A DNA stretch of 64,000 bases from an uncultured Bacteroides sp. Its GTDB lineage: Bacteria; Bacillota; Clostridia; Oscillospirales; Ruminococcaceae. The stretch covers positions 6,685 through 70,684 of the forward strand of contig CAYJPD010000001.1 in the NCBI GenBank assembly GCA_964371975.1. The letters are read 5' to 3'. Below are positions 1 to 9,684 of this stretch, piece by piece. Below the pieces are notes generated by a model, which was given only the letters and a program-made list of their open reading frames with translations, was not told where the DNA came from and searched no databases. How positions within the stretch are numbered: the stretch's first letter is position 1; each line of letters starts with the position of its first letter. The translations under genes and the position numbers were made by a program.

Positions 1-1000
1 TATAATAATACGTTTTATGCTCACCACATATAATTTTACAGCTATATTTATATTTATTGCTGTAACTTGATGGGTTATCAGACGCTTGTTTTTTGCTGCG
101 CATTTCTAAAATATCATTAGCTTTTTGCCAAAGTTCTTCGGATACAATAGCCGGAACATTATCCTCGTCTTTATACATAACCCAATCCGCTTGCTCGAAA
201 ATTTTTCGCTCATTAGAACGGTAATCGTATTTGTGAGATTTATTGCCGCAATAATATCCTTTATACTTTGGGTTTACAAGTATGTTTTTTATAGTTGAAA
301 ACGACAAATTATTTCCCTTTGTGTTTTTTACACCACTCTCATTTAGTATAGCAGCTATTCCTCTAATGCCTATTTTATCAATTGCATATAGCTCGAATAT
401 TTTCTTAACAACTTCGGCTTCTTTAGGCTCAACAACAAGTTTACCCTCTTGCTTTATATAGCCCCAAATCCTACTGTTGCCTAAAACCACGCCGTTTTCA
501 ATGGCACGCTTGAAACCGAATTTTACTCGCTCTGATATTTTACGCACTTCGTCTTGCGCTATGCTTGACATAATTGTTAAACGAAGCTCTGCGTCGGGCA
601 TAAGAGTATTTATATTGTCGCTTTGAAAAACAACGCCAACGCCATTTTTTAAAAGCTCTTGTGTGTACTTAATGCTGTCCAGCGTGTTGCGAGAAAAACG
701 TGAAATTTCTTTGGTGATGATTAAATCAAACTTGTCAAGTTTGCTATCGTCAATCATTTTTAAAAAGGCTTCACGCTTAGTAACGCTTGTACCGCTCAAT
801 GCTTCATCAATATACCCCTCTACATATTCCCAATTACAATTATTGCTAATAAAATCTTGATAGTAATTGATTTGGTTTTTAAGCGAGTGCGCTTGCTCAT
901 CGGTGCCTGTTGAAACACGAGCGTAAAATGTTACCTTCAGTGGTAAATCGTAAATGCTTTTACCCATATTTATCTCTTTGCGCAAATTATATAAATCCAT
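1..1000 (-). CDS. Large serine recombinase (resolvase + recombinase + start of zinc-ribbon domain), 3' end outside window
   Basis: Manual translation from ATG at 1000 (RBS AAAGGAAG): MDLYNLRKEINMGKSIYDLPLKVTFYARVSTGTDEQAHSL...TKEISRFSRN...NPKYKG...YSCKIICGEH. Catalytic YARVS motif; frame open to the window edge, so absent from the ORF track. Confidence 0.95.
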   Translation of the reverse strand, partial: MDLYNLRKEINMGKSIYDLPLKVTFYARVSTGTDEQAHSLKNQINYYQDFISNNCNWEYVEGYIDEALSGTSVTKREAFLKMIDDSKLDKFDLIITKEISRFSRNTLDSIKYTQELLKNGVGVVFQSDNINTLMPDAELRLTIMSSIAQDEVRKISERVKFGFKRAIENGVVLGNSRIWGYIKQEGKLVVEPKEAEVVKKIFELYAIDKIGIRGIAAILNESGVKNTKGNNLSFSTIKNILVNPKYKGYYCGNKSHKYDYRSNERKIFEQADWVMYKDEDNVPAIVSEELWQKANDILEMRSKKQASDNPSSYSNKYKYSCKIICGEHKTYYY

Positions 1001-1081
1001 AATATGTACTTCCTTTGTTTTGTAACTAGTTCCGCAATTACCTCTTTGCGTTACAATTCATTATCTAAATTGATAATTTTG

Positions 1082-1282
1082 TCAAGATATAATCATATTA
1101 TTTATCAAAAATTCAGATCTGTTTTTTTTGCGGATATTACCGGACGGAGCTGTTTTAATTAATATATCTTTCGCTTTTATGTACATTTCTTCGGTTATTG
1201 CATTTTTTTCAAACAGGTGCCTATTTATTGCAAGCTTAATTTCCATCTTAGCCAAGTTTATATTTTCGTTTGTTTTATTCAT
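1082..1282 (-). CDS. Small basic protein upstream of the recombinase; candidate recombination directionality factor
   Basis: 66 aa, strong RBS AAAAAGGAGT 6 nt before ATG; LFEKNAITEEMYIKAK resembles a SHOCT-like helix pair; directly upstream of the recombinase. Confidence 0.7.
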   Translation of the reverse strand: MNKTNENINLAKMEIKLAINRHLFEKNAITEEMYIKAKDILIKTAPSGNIRKKNRSEFLINNMIIS

Positions 1283-1288
1283 TGTTCC

Positions 1289-1320
1289 ACTCCTTTTTCA
1301 TATAAATATGAAAAAGGAGT
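1289..1320. repeat. Perfect 15-bp inverted repeat (2-nt spacer) covering the RBS and -10 box of the small ORF
   Basis: ACTCCTTTTTCATAT-AA-ATATGAAAAAGGAGT. Confidence 0.95.
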
Positions 1321-1332
1321 ATTTATTATTCA
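1302..1332 (-). promoter_or_regulatory. SigmaE-like mother-cell promoter of the small ORF-recombinase unit
   Basis: Minus strand TGAATA-N16-CATATTTAT, matching the ATA-N16-18-CATA sigmaE architecture. Confidence 0.6.
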
Positions 1333-1665
1333 TAGTTATTGAATTTACAACTTAATAACTACCTCACCACCAAAAAATTAAATTTATGGTATGGATTATT
1401 TTGATACGTTGTATCGTATTCTAAAGTAGCAAGGCTACTTCACAGCTCTGGAACATGTGATTTGCTTGTGGCTACAAGCGCCGCATGTCTGCCGATAGGT
1501 GTTAATGCCGGTTTGCAAACCGACCACCATATTCGCAGGCACTCTCATAATGCTATTATAAAAGAATAGCTTTTTGGAGTTGCATCATATTATACGTGAA
1601 ACTCTATGCTCCTATTCAATTCACGAACTAATTCAGCGTTTGACCTTTTATTAAAAATTTGTTCA

Positions 1666-1681
1666 ACTTGTATAGACCAAT
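1666..1681. promoter_or_regulatory. NagR/DasR (dre)-like GntR-HutC operator
   Basis: ACTTGTATAGACCAAT (reverse complement ATTGGTCTATACAAGT), upstream of the SIS gene. Confidence 0.55.
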
Positions 1682-1903
1682 TGGCACATTAATTATTTCA
1701 CCATGGCATAAAGATGCTGTTATTTAAATAAAGCATTAGCATAAATTTAAAATACTGGTATTGTTTTTTCTTATAAAACCAAAAATATACTATTAAATTT
1801 ATTGTAGCAAAAACAACAATACTGCTTAATTATTTTTATGCATTAAAAGCATTGAAAAACGTCGATAATAAGTTTATAATCGAATTGTGGAAAGGAGGAT
1901 TGT

Positions 1904-2647
1904 ATGACAGCGGATATATATTTAGACACCATTATTGAAAAGATGCAAAGGCTAAAAGAAGTAACTTTACCCTCAATAAACGAAGCTACCGATAAAGTAA
2001 TGCAAACATTAAAAGATAATAAAAGCATTTACTTTTTTGGTTGCACACATGCAGGGATACTTACGCAAGAAGTTTTTTACAGAACCGGTGGCTTGGCTAT
2101 TTTTAATCCTATTTTTGCTCCCGGTTTAATGGCTGACACTTCCCCAATAACCCTAACAAGCGACCTTGAAAGAACTGCTGGTTATGGCGAAATTATAGCA
2201 CAACAGTCTGGAATTGTAAAAGGCGATTTATTATTCATCCACTCTGTTTCAGGGCGAAATAATGTTCCTATCGACTTAGCAATTGCATTGCGCAGAATAG
2301 GGGTATTTATAATTTGTATTACCAGCCTTGAGTATTCAAAAAATGTTAAATCGCGCCATTCCAGCGGAAAACGCCTGTTTGAAGTTAGTGACTTAGTTAT
2401 TGACAATGTTTGCCCTTATGGTGATGCATTAGTTAATTTGCCGAAATCTAATGTTATGGTAGGCCCTGCTTCAACTGTTATGGGTGCCGCTATTGTAAAC
2501 GCAATAGCAGTTAATGTAGCTGCTAAATTTGACGACCAAGAAGATTGCCCCCCTGTTTTTTCAAGTGCAAATATGGACGAAGGAGATGATTATAACAAGA
2601 AGATAATTGACAAGTACAAAAAATTTATTCGCTACAAAACTATTTAA
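1904..2647 (+). CDS. SIS-domain sugar-phosphate isomerase
   Basis: FFGCTHA, YRTGGL, HSVSGRN, SRHSSGKRL and PPVFSSAN motifs; RBS AAAGGAGG. Confidence 0.9.
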   Translation: MTADIYLDTIIEKMQRLKEVTLPSINEATDKVMQTLKDNKSIYFFGCTHAGILTQEVFYRTGGLAIFNPIFAPGLMADTSPITLTSDLERTAGYGEIIAQQSGIVKGDLLFIHSVSGRNNVPIDLAIALRRIGVFIICITSLEYSKNVKSRHSSGKRLFEVSDLVIDNVCPYGDALVNLPKSNVMVGPASTVMGAAIVNAIAVNVAAKFDDQEDCPPVFSSANMDEGDDYNKKIIDKYKKFIRYKTI

Positions 2648-2726
2648 GTAAACTGGTACTGATGTATATATGTTTATCTCGCTATATTTTAACAATTTAT
2701 CTATCGTATATTTGTAATACGATGAA

Positions 2727-2755
2727 TTGACGTAATTAATTTGATATGCTATAAT
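2727..2755 (+). promoter_or_regulatory. SigmaA promoter of the gntR-ABC operon
   Basis: TTGACG-N17-TATAAT with extended TG. Confidence 0.75.
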
Positions 2756-2767
2756 TTTCTTTATCAA

Positions 2768-2783
2768 AGTGGTATAGTCAACA
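2768..2783. promoter_or_regulatory. Second dre-like GntR operator
   Basis: AGTGGTATAGTCAACA just downstream of the promoter, similar to the 1666 site. Confidence 0.5.
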
Positions 2784-2811
2784 TTACCATTATTTTAAAG
2801 GAGAGCACCTA

Positions 2812-3546
2812 ATGACATTTGATAAGAGCAGTAAAATACCTATATATTTTCAATTGAAAGAAATTATTAAAAAGGACATTATAAACCAACGTTATACTTT
2901 GAATCAACTCCTCCCTTCAGAACGCGAGTTATGTGCACAGTACAGCATCAGCCGAATGACTGTTCGACAAGCTATTGGAGAATTAGAAAACGAGGGCTAT
3001 GTTTACAAGGTCCAAGGCAAAGGGACATTCGCTTCTTCAGGTAAAATTGTGCAGAATTTAGCAACACTAACATCATTTTCCGAAGATATGTACAGCATGG
3101 GAAGACAGCCCGCATCTAAAGTTTTACAAGTTAACAAAATACCCGCTTATGGTGAACTTGCAAAAAAATTAAACTTGAACATCGGAGAACCTGTTATTTT
3201 ATACGAGCGCTTGCGCTATGCTGATTCTCAAACAGTTTGCATTGAAAAAACATACCTTCGCGGAGACATAATTTCAGCTGAAGAATTAATGGATGCAAAA
3301 GTTACATCTCTTTACAAATTTTTACGCGAAGAAAAAAGAGTACATCTAAAAGGCGCATATGAATCTATAGAGACATTGCTTATATCCGGAACTAATGCGC
3401 AGATTTTAGAAGTGCCCGAGAATACATTAGGTTTATTGCTTGAAAGGCTTACTTACAATTTAAATGGAGAGCCTATTGAATTTGTTCGTTCAATTTATAG
3501 AGGGGATACTTATAAATTTGTAATTGAGCTTAATGCCGATTATTAA
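2812..3546 (+). CDS. GntR/HutC (UTRA) transcriptional regulator
   Basis: LPSERELCAQYSISRMTVRQA HTH, QGKGTF, UTRA C-terminus (YRGDTYKF). Confidence 0.95.
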   Translation: MTFDKSSKIPIYFQLKEIIKKDIINQRYTLNQLLPSERELCAQYSISRMTVRQAIGELENEGYVYKVQGKGTFASSGKIVQNLATLTSFSEDMYSMGRQPASKVLQVNKIPAYGELAKKLNLNIGEPVILYERLRYADSQTVCIEKTYLRGDIISAEELMDAKVTSLYKFLREEKRVHLKGAYESIETLLISGTNAQILEVPENTLGLLLERLTYNLNGEPIEFVRSIYRGDTYKFVIELNADY

Positions 3547-3638
3547 TTACACTTTAAACATTATACATTTATTTTTCCAAATCAATTCCGGTAATTTTTC
3601 GTATTATTCGTTAAAAATATTATTCAAAGGAGAAAAAA

Positions 3639-5006
3639 ATGAAAAAGAAATTTACTATTATTTTAATTTGCTTACTATTAGTTTCGTTTATGCTTGGTTG
3701 CGCACAAGAAAATACTCAACCTGCTGATTCTACCCCGGTTGCCTCTAACGATGCCGAAGATTCAACCTCACAAGAGCCGGTTGAAATAAAATTCTTGACA
3801 GTTGGCGACCCTTATGTTGGTGCAATAAAAACTTTATTGCCAGAGTTTGAAGAAAAATATAATATTAAAGTTGTTATAGACTCAGTTCCTTATTTAGATT
3901 TACACGGAAAAGCAATTTTAGAACTTGCAGGCGACACCGGCTCATACGACTTAATTTCTGTTGACATACCATGGACAGGCGAGTTTGTTGAAGGTGGCCA
4001 TTTATATGACCTTACCGAGCTTGTTGAGCGCGACAAAGAAGAATTACAAATTGACGACTTCTTGCCTGGCGCATGGGAAGGCCTTGCAACTTGGGAAGAT
4101 AGAATTATTGCTTTACCACTTGCTCCTTACTATATGTATATGCATTATCGTACAGATGTTTTTGAACAAGAGTCTTTACAAGCTCCACAAACGAAAGAAG
4201 AGTTTGAAAATGCAATTTCAACGCTTTATAGCCCCGATGATAATTTCTATGGATTATCTATCGCGCTAAAACGCGGCCCTTCAATCGTTCACGATTGGTG
4301 CGCATATTTTAACGGCTTTGGAGGCAAAATGTTTGTAGATATGCCTAATAATTATGCTTCAGGTGTGAACAGCGATATTGCCATAGAAACAACTCAAATG
4401 CTAAAAGATATGATTGAATATTTGCCAGATGGCGTTTTGCAATATGAAAATGCAGATAGGTGGAACTCATTTATGCACGGTAATTCAGCTATGACAGCCG
4501 TTTTTAATGCTAACTCCCCTATGTTTGAAACTGCTGAGGATACTCAAGTTGCCGGTAATGTTGGCTATGCACATTTGCCTAAGTTAGATGCAAATTCAGA
4601 TCCTTCTTTACCTTTCGCCGGTTTCTCAATTGCAATAAATAAAGACAGCAAAAATGTTGAAGCTTCTTGGACATTTATGAAATGGCTAACAAGCTCAGAA
4701 GTTGATAAAAAATGGGTTGAAGTTCCCGGCACCCCTGGTGTTCCTTTGCGAATAAGCACTGTAACCGACGCTGCTCTTGTTGAAAAATACCCATACTTCG
4801 AACTTATATACGAAGCTGAATCTCAAGGCCTTGCAGACGGTGTAGACTACCGTTCACGCTTGCCGGAATGGACAAAAATAGAAGAGATTTTAGGATTATC
4901 TTTAAACGAAGCTGTTTCCGGTGAAAAACCTGTTGAGCAGGCATTAAATGAAGCTGCTGAACAAATAAACGAACTTATGGCTGAAAACGGTTACCCTGTA
5001 CAATAA
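3639..5006 (+). CDS. Sugar ABC transporter substrate-binding lipoprotein
   Basis: Signal peptide with lipobox MLGC; CUT1-type SBP features. Confidence 0.92.
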   Translation: MKKKFTIILICLLLVSFMLGCAQENTQPADSTPVASNDAEDSTSQEPVEIKFLTVGDPYVGAIKTLLPEFEEKYNIKVVIDSVPYLDLHGKAILELAGDTGSYDLISVDIPWTGEFVEGGHLYDLTELVERDKEELQIDDFLPGAWEGLATWEDRIIALPLAPYYMYMHYRTDVFEQESLQAPQTKEEFENAISTLYSPDDNFYGLSIALKRGPSIVHDWCAYFNGFGGKMFVDMPNNYASGVNSDIAIETTQMLKDMIEYLPDGVLQYENADRWNSFMHGNSAMTAVFNANSPMFETAEDTQVAGNVGYAHLPKLDANSDPSLPFAGFSIAINKDSKNVEASWTFMKWLTSSEVDKKWVEVPGTPGVPLRISTVTDAALVEKYPYFELIYEAESQGLADGVDYRSRLPEWTKIEEILGLSLNEAVSGEKPVEQALNEAAEQINELMAENGYPVQ

Positions 5007-5032
5007 TAAAAATCTGTCGATGCCAAAAACCT

Positions 5033-5058
5033 TATGGTCGCCCTAACGGGCGACCATA
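5033..5058 (+). terminator. Stem-loop after the SBP gene (mRNA stabiliser or partial terminator)
   Basis: TATGGTCGCCC-TAAC-GGGCGACCATA, 11-bp stem, no U tract. Confidence 0.7.
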
Positions 5059-5076
5059 GTAAAGAGGGGTATTAAA

Positions 5077-5973
5077 ATGTGGAAAAAACATCATAGTTTG
5101 GTTTCTTCTGAAAACCTTGCTTGGAAAATAATGATAGCACCTTCAATGATTGTATTGATACTAATATCACTTTATCCTTCAATATTCAATATTTACAACA
5201 GTTTCTTTTCATGGAATTTTGCAAGCGGGCAACCAAAAGAATTTGTTGGACTTAAAAATTATATTGACACAATATTAGATGAAAAATTTTTACGTGCACT
5301 TTTCAACACATTTGTGTTAGTAATAAGCGCCGTTAGCATCGAATTCATATTGGGCTTTGGTATTGCACTTTTGTTTTATGCCGGAAAACGTAAAATGAAG
5401 CTTCTCAGAACTCTCATGATTACGCCTACCATGATTACACCTATCGTTGCAAGCCTTATGTGGCTTTTAATGTACAATTCAGATTATGGAATTATTAAAT
5501 ATTTACTTCAACTTATAGGAGTGCAAAATCCTCCTGCACTGCTTGCAAGCCACACATGGGCGATGCCTGCAATAATTTTAGTTGATGTTTGGCAATGGAC
5601 ACCCTTTATTATGTTAATAATGCTTGCCGGGCTTACCGCTCTACCGCAAGATGTAATAGAAGCTTCTTATGTTGATGGTGCAAATTTTATACAGCGTCTC
5701 ACAAAAATTATTCTGCCCTCGCTGAAGCCTGTTATTGCAATTGCACTATTAATGCGAGTAATGGACACATTTAAATTTTTCGAAGTAGTTTATATGTTAA
5801 CCAAAGGCGGCCCTGGTAATGTTACTGAAACTGTAAGCTATTATGCCTACAAAATAGGGTTTTCGTTTTTTGAAGTCGGTCAAAATAGTGCTGTTTGTAT
5901 TATTCTCTTATTCATTGTTCTTTTTATTTGCCAATTTTTGAACAATGTAATCGCCGACGAATGGGAAGTATAA
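5077..5973 (+). CDS. Carbohydrate ABC permease
   Basis: EAA loop (EASYVDGAN), DVWQWTPF, LTKGGPG. Confidence 0.93.
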   Translation: MWKKHHSLVSSENLAWKIMIAPSMIVLILISLYPSIFNIYNSFFSWNFASGQPKEFVGLKNYIDTILDEKFLRALFNTFVLVISAVSIEFILGFGIALLFYAGKRKMKLLRTLMITPTMITPIVASLMWLLMYNSDYGIIKYLLQLIGVQNPPALLASHTWAMPAIILVDVWQWTPFIMLIMLAGLTALPQDVIEASYVDGANFIQRLTKIILPSLKPVIAIALLMRVMDTFKFFEVVYMLTKGGPGNVTETVSYYAYKIGFSFFEVGQNSAVCIILLFIVLFICQFLNNVIADEWEV

Positions 5974-6011
5974 AGTTCACTATTACAAGTGATTTGAAAG
6001 GGCTTTTTGTC

Positions 6012-6869
6012 ATGAATAAAACAATTAAGCAAACTTTAATTTATATAATATTACTTTTATTTTTACTTTTTTTCCTTTTCCCTGTATACTGGACATTTGC
6101 AACTTCTATAAAAGGAAAGTCTGAAATATTTGAATATCCACCAAATATAATTCCACAAACAGCAAGTTTAGACAATTATAATGCTGTTATACTGGGAAGA
6201 AGCAACGACTCTGTTGTTTTAGGAGAGGGTGGTTATTTTAAGTATTTGAACAATAGTTTTATAGTTGCATTATCAACTTGCATATTTTGTATAGTTATTG
6301 GTTCATTTGGTGCATATGGCCTGGTTCGCTTGCGATTTTCTGCAAAAAACAAGAAAAAAATTTCATTTTGGATTATAAGCACAAGAATGATGCCCCCAAT
6401 AGCTGCCGCAATACCTTTTTACCTTATGTTTCGAAACTTACAGTTATTAGATAATTTGTTATCTCTAATTATTTCTTATATTGCATTTAATTTACCTTTT
6501 GTTATTTGGACATTACAAGGCTTTTTTAGAGAGGTTCCAAATGAACTTTATGAAGCCGCAAAACTTGATGGCTGTGGCCCATACAAATCATTTTTGCGCG
6601 TTGTTTTGCCATTATCATTACCCGGCATATTCACAGCTATGATCTTCACGTTCATATTTTCATGGAACGAATTTCTGTTTGCGCTAATTCTAACAGGAGA
6701 AAGCACTAAAACTATGCCTGTTGCCGCTGCAAGCATGTGGAGCGCAGTTGCCTCCAGATGGGGTGAAATTGCAACAGTTGGAATAACAACAATAATACCT
6801 GTTTTTATTTTAACATTATGCGTTCAACGATACTTCATTAAAGGCTTAACATTCGGCGCAATTAAGTAA
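6012..6869 (+). CDS. Carbohydrate ABC permease
   Basis: EAAKLDGC, FIFSWNEF, GLTFGAIK; start moved to ATG at 6012. Confidence 0.93.
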   Translation: MNKTIKQTLIYIILLLFLLFFLFPVYWTFATSIKGKSEIFEYPPNIIPQTASLDNYNAVILGRSNDSVVLGEGGYFKYLNNSFIVALSTCIFCIVIGSFGAYGLVRLRFSAKNKKKISFWIISTRMMPPIAAAIPFYLMFRNLQLLDNLLSLIISYIAFNLPFVIWTLQGFFREVPNELYEAAKLDGCGPYKSFLRVVLPLSLPGIFTAMIFTFIFSWNEFLFALILTGESTKTMPVAAASMWSAVASRWGEIATVGITTIIPVFILTLCVQRYFIKGLTFGAIK

Positions 6870-6917
6870 AAAAATTTTCAAACTAATTTTAGCTTATAAA
6901 GAAAGGAAACTGATTTT

Positions 6918-7925
6918 ATGCTTAAACCAAATGTTGCTGTTATAGGTTGTGGTTTTTTTGGCAGTATGCATGCACAAATTTATTCTCAAATGTATAATGT
7001 AAACTTATTATTTGTTGTAGATAGCATTGCAAACAACGCAAAGGCACTTGCAGATAAGTTAGGCTGTAATTACTCAGACAACTATAAAGAAATAATAGAG
7101 CGCAATGATATAGATATAATAGATGTATGTGTTCCTGACAGTATGCATACTGAAATTGTTTTTTGCGCTATAAAAAACAACAAGCACATACTAATTGAAA
7201 AACCTCTTGCAGATACTCTTGAAAATGCAGAAAAGATGCTTAATGCTACAACAAATTATGATAAGAAAACTATGGTTGGACATATTTGCAGGTTTGACAT
7301 TAGAAATGAAAAGGCTTTTGAGAGCATACAAAACAAAGAAATAGGCGATGTAATATATATATCTGCAAAGAGAAACAGCCCTACCTTAGGTGCTCACAGA
7401 TATGCAAATACTTGCAAATTGTTAACTCATAGCGGTGTACATGACATGGACCTTGTTCGTTGGTTTTTAAACAGCGAATACAAAAGTGTTTATGCTGTTG
7501 GACGCAAATTACGCATGGAAAGCGAAGGCTATAAAGACACATTAGATTCTATCCAAGCTATATTCACTTTTGAGAACGGTGTAACTTTTTCGCTTGAAAA
7601 CACTTGGGCTTTACCCGATAAATTCCCACGTTATATTGACAGTTCTATGAATATAGTAGGAACTAAAGGTTCAATCTCAATCGATTTTGGCAATCAAGGC
7701 TATAATCTATATACAAACAATGATTGCATCTATGAAGATGTTTCATATTGGGTAAGCTCTTTCGGTCAGCTTAAAGGTGATTTAAGCTTAGAGTTAAATC
7801 ATTTCATTGAGTGTGTAATTCATGACAAACAACCCAGAGTTTCAATTTATGACGGTTATCAGGTAGCTTGCGCTGCTGTTAAAGCGTTGGAATCTGCTGA
7901 AAAAGGAGAGTTGCTTTTTATATGA
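6918..7925 (+). CDS. Gfo/Idh/MocA oxidoreductase
   Basis: VIGCGFFG Rossmann motif, IEKP, SGVHDMD. Confidence 0.92.
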   Translation: MLKPNVAVIGCGFFGSMHAQIYSQMYNVNLLFVVDSIANNAKALADKLGCNYSDNYKEIIERNDIDIIDVCVPDSMHTEIVFCAIKNNKHILIEKPLADTLENAEKMLNATTNYDKKTMVGHICRFDIRNEKAFESIQNKEIGDVIYISAKRNSPTLGAHRYANTCKLLTHSGVHDMDLVRWFLNSEYKSVYAVGRKLRMESEGYKDTLDSIQAIFTFENGVTFSLENTWALPDKFPRYIDSSMNIVGTKGSISIDFGNQGYNLYTNNDCIYEDVSYWVSSFGQLKGDLSLELNHFIECVIHDKQPRVSIYDGYQVACAAVKALESAEKGELLFI

Positions 7926-9415
7926 ACAACACTGTTTTAGCACTTGACTTCGGTACACAAGGTGTTAAAGGAATGTTAATTGATTTAAATGCACAGGTTA
8001 TTTGTCAAAGTTCTCAATTATATGGCTTTAGTTTAAACAAAAATGGTTTTATGGAGCAATCGCCTGACGAATGGTGGAATTCATGTTTAAAAGTGTGTAG
8101 AACATTGCAGCAAAAAGACGAAGATTCCTATAATGCTATTAGTTCAATTGGCATAACAGCACAAATGCATGGTGCTGTTTTGCTTGATAAAAAGCTAAAT
8201 GTAATTGATGATTGTATAGTTTGGTGTGATACTCGATGCAAAGAACAAGCTTTGTTTTTACAAAACAAAGCAAGCGATGATTTGAAATTCACATTACAAA
8301 ATGAATTTGGAACAGCTTATACTGCTCCAAAACTATACTGGATTAAGCAACACAAACCTGAATCTTATGCCAAAATCGCTCATATATTGTTTTGCAAAGA
8401 CTTTATTAGATTTAAGTTGACAAATCAAATATACACCGATTTCAGTGATGCCTCTGGCAGCTTAATGTTTGATTTTAATACTATGAACTGGAGTGAAGAG
8501 CTCCTAAGTCTAATAGGTTTAAAATCTAATATTATGCCCACCATACTACCCTCTTATGAAAAAGCAGGAATTATTCAAAAAGATATTGCAACACTGTTAA
8601 ACATAAGTGAAAGCACTGTGGTTTGCGTTGGGGCTGGGGATTTAGCTTGTAGCATTTTAGGTGTGGGATTAAATAAGTCGGGACAAACGCTTATAAATTT
8701 AGGTACTGCCGGTCAGGTACTGAGTATAATTGAAAGCAGTACAAGTCCACCACAAGGTGGTTATAGGTTCGCTTTTTTAGATAAAAACAGCTTATTTGAT
8801 TTACACGCTATCGCTTCAGCTGCATATTGCCTAAAATGGTTTATGGAAAATGTCACTTGCATAGAAAATACAATGGAAAACTCTTTTGCGCAAATGGATA
8901 TGCTTGCCGCGCAAAGTGTTGCAGGCGCAAATGGTCTTTTATTTGCACCATACCTAAACGGAACCGGAAGTCCTTATTTAGATAACAACACAAACGCAGC
9001 GTTTGTGCGAATTAATTCAAGCCACAATAAGTCAGATATGACAAGAGCCATACTTGAAGGTGTATGCTTTGGTATTAAAGATTGCATAAATGCATCCTTT
9101 AGCGATAGCTCACAAAAGCAAGTTGTATTTTCGGGTGGTGGTTCAAATAGTGCACTTTGGCGCGAGATAATGGCGAATGTTTTATTTAAAGAAATAATAT
9201 GCCCTACAAAAAGAGATGCAACATGTGTTGGTGCGGGTTTGCTTGCGTTAATATCCGGAGGTTTTATTGATAGCATTGACAAAACAAATGGCATGATTTT
9301 GTATGACACAACTGTTTCTCCAAACATTGAATTTAAAAACATTTATAACAACGCTTATGATGCATACAAGAAATTGTATGTTGCTTTATCAAGTTTACCT
9401 AATTACAACAGTTGA
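7922..9415 (+). CDS. FGGY-family carbohydrate kinase (xylulokinase-like)
   Basis: LDFGTQGVK, AQMHG, WCDTR, TDFSDASGS, SGGGSNS. Confidence 0.9.
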   Translation: MNNTVLALDFGTQGVKGMLIDLNAQVICQSSQLYGFSLNKNGFMEQSPDEWWNSCLKVCRTLQQKDEDSYNAISSIGITAQMHGAVLLDKKLNVIDDCIVWCDTRCKEQALFLQNKASDDLKFTLQNEFGTAYTAPKLYWIKQHKPESYAKIAHILFCKDFIRFKLTNQIYTDFSDASGSLMFDFNTMNWSEELLSLIGLKSNIMPTILPSYEKAGIIQKDIATLLNISESTVVCVGAGDLACSILGVGLNKSGQTLINLGTAGQVLSIIESSTSPPQGGYRFAFLDKNSLFDLHAIASAAYCLKWFMENVTCIENTMENSFAQMDMLAAQSVAGANGLLFAPYLNGTGSPYLDNNTNAAFVRINSSHNKSDMTRAILEGVCFGIKDCINASFSDSSQKQVVFSGGGSNSALWREIMANVLFKEIICPTKRDATCVGAGLLALISGGFIDSIDKTNGMILYDTTVSPNIEFKNIYNNAYDAYKKLYVALSSLPNYNS

Positions 9416-9528
9416 TTTTTATAGAATTATATCCACCTGTTAACCTATCAGTATGCACAATCCATAATAAAGTATAATACTAATACTTCTCAAGAAACAT
9501 TTAAAAGTTTGTCAATCATATATTTTTC

Positions 9529-9558
9529 ACAGGCTGCTACTAAAGCAGCCTGTTTTTT
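9529..9558 (+). terminator. Rho-independent terminator
   Basis: ACAGGCTGCT-ACTAA-AGCAGCCTGT followed by a T run. Confidence 0.85.
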
Positions 9559-9684
9559 GCATATTAAAAACCGCCTACCAATTGGTAAGCGGTTAATTTT
9601 ATCGTAAACTTTTTACTAAATGATTGGTTTAAAATACAATATTTTACCACAAATGATATATTACTCATGGCAACTGAAAGGATT

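Noticed and set aside
663..860. Short ORF-track entries antisense to or overlapping real genes (here and throughout the window)
   Set aside because: Shadow ORFs without RBS or motifs; this one is antisense to the recombinase.
1399..1418. TTTGATAC-GTT-GTATC dyad sharing 8 bp with the spoIVA junction
   Set aside because: Too short for AT-rich DNA, and no spoIVA 3' coding sequence is adjacent, so it is not called as an att site.
1420..1720. Slightly GC-richer intergenic stretch, possible ncRNA or decayed gene
   Set aside because: No recognisable protein motif in the frames I translated and no convincing RNA structure.
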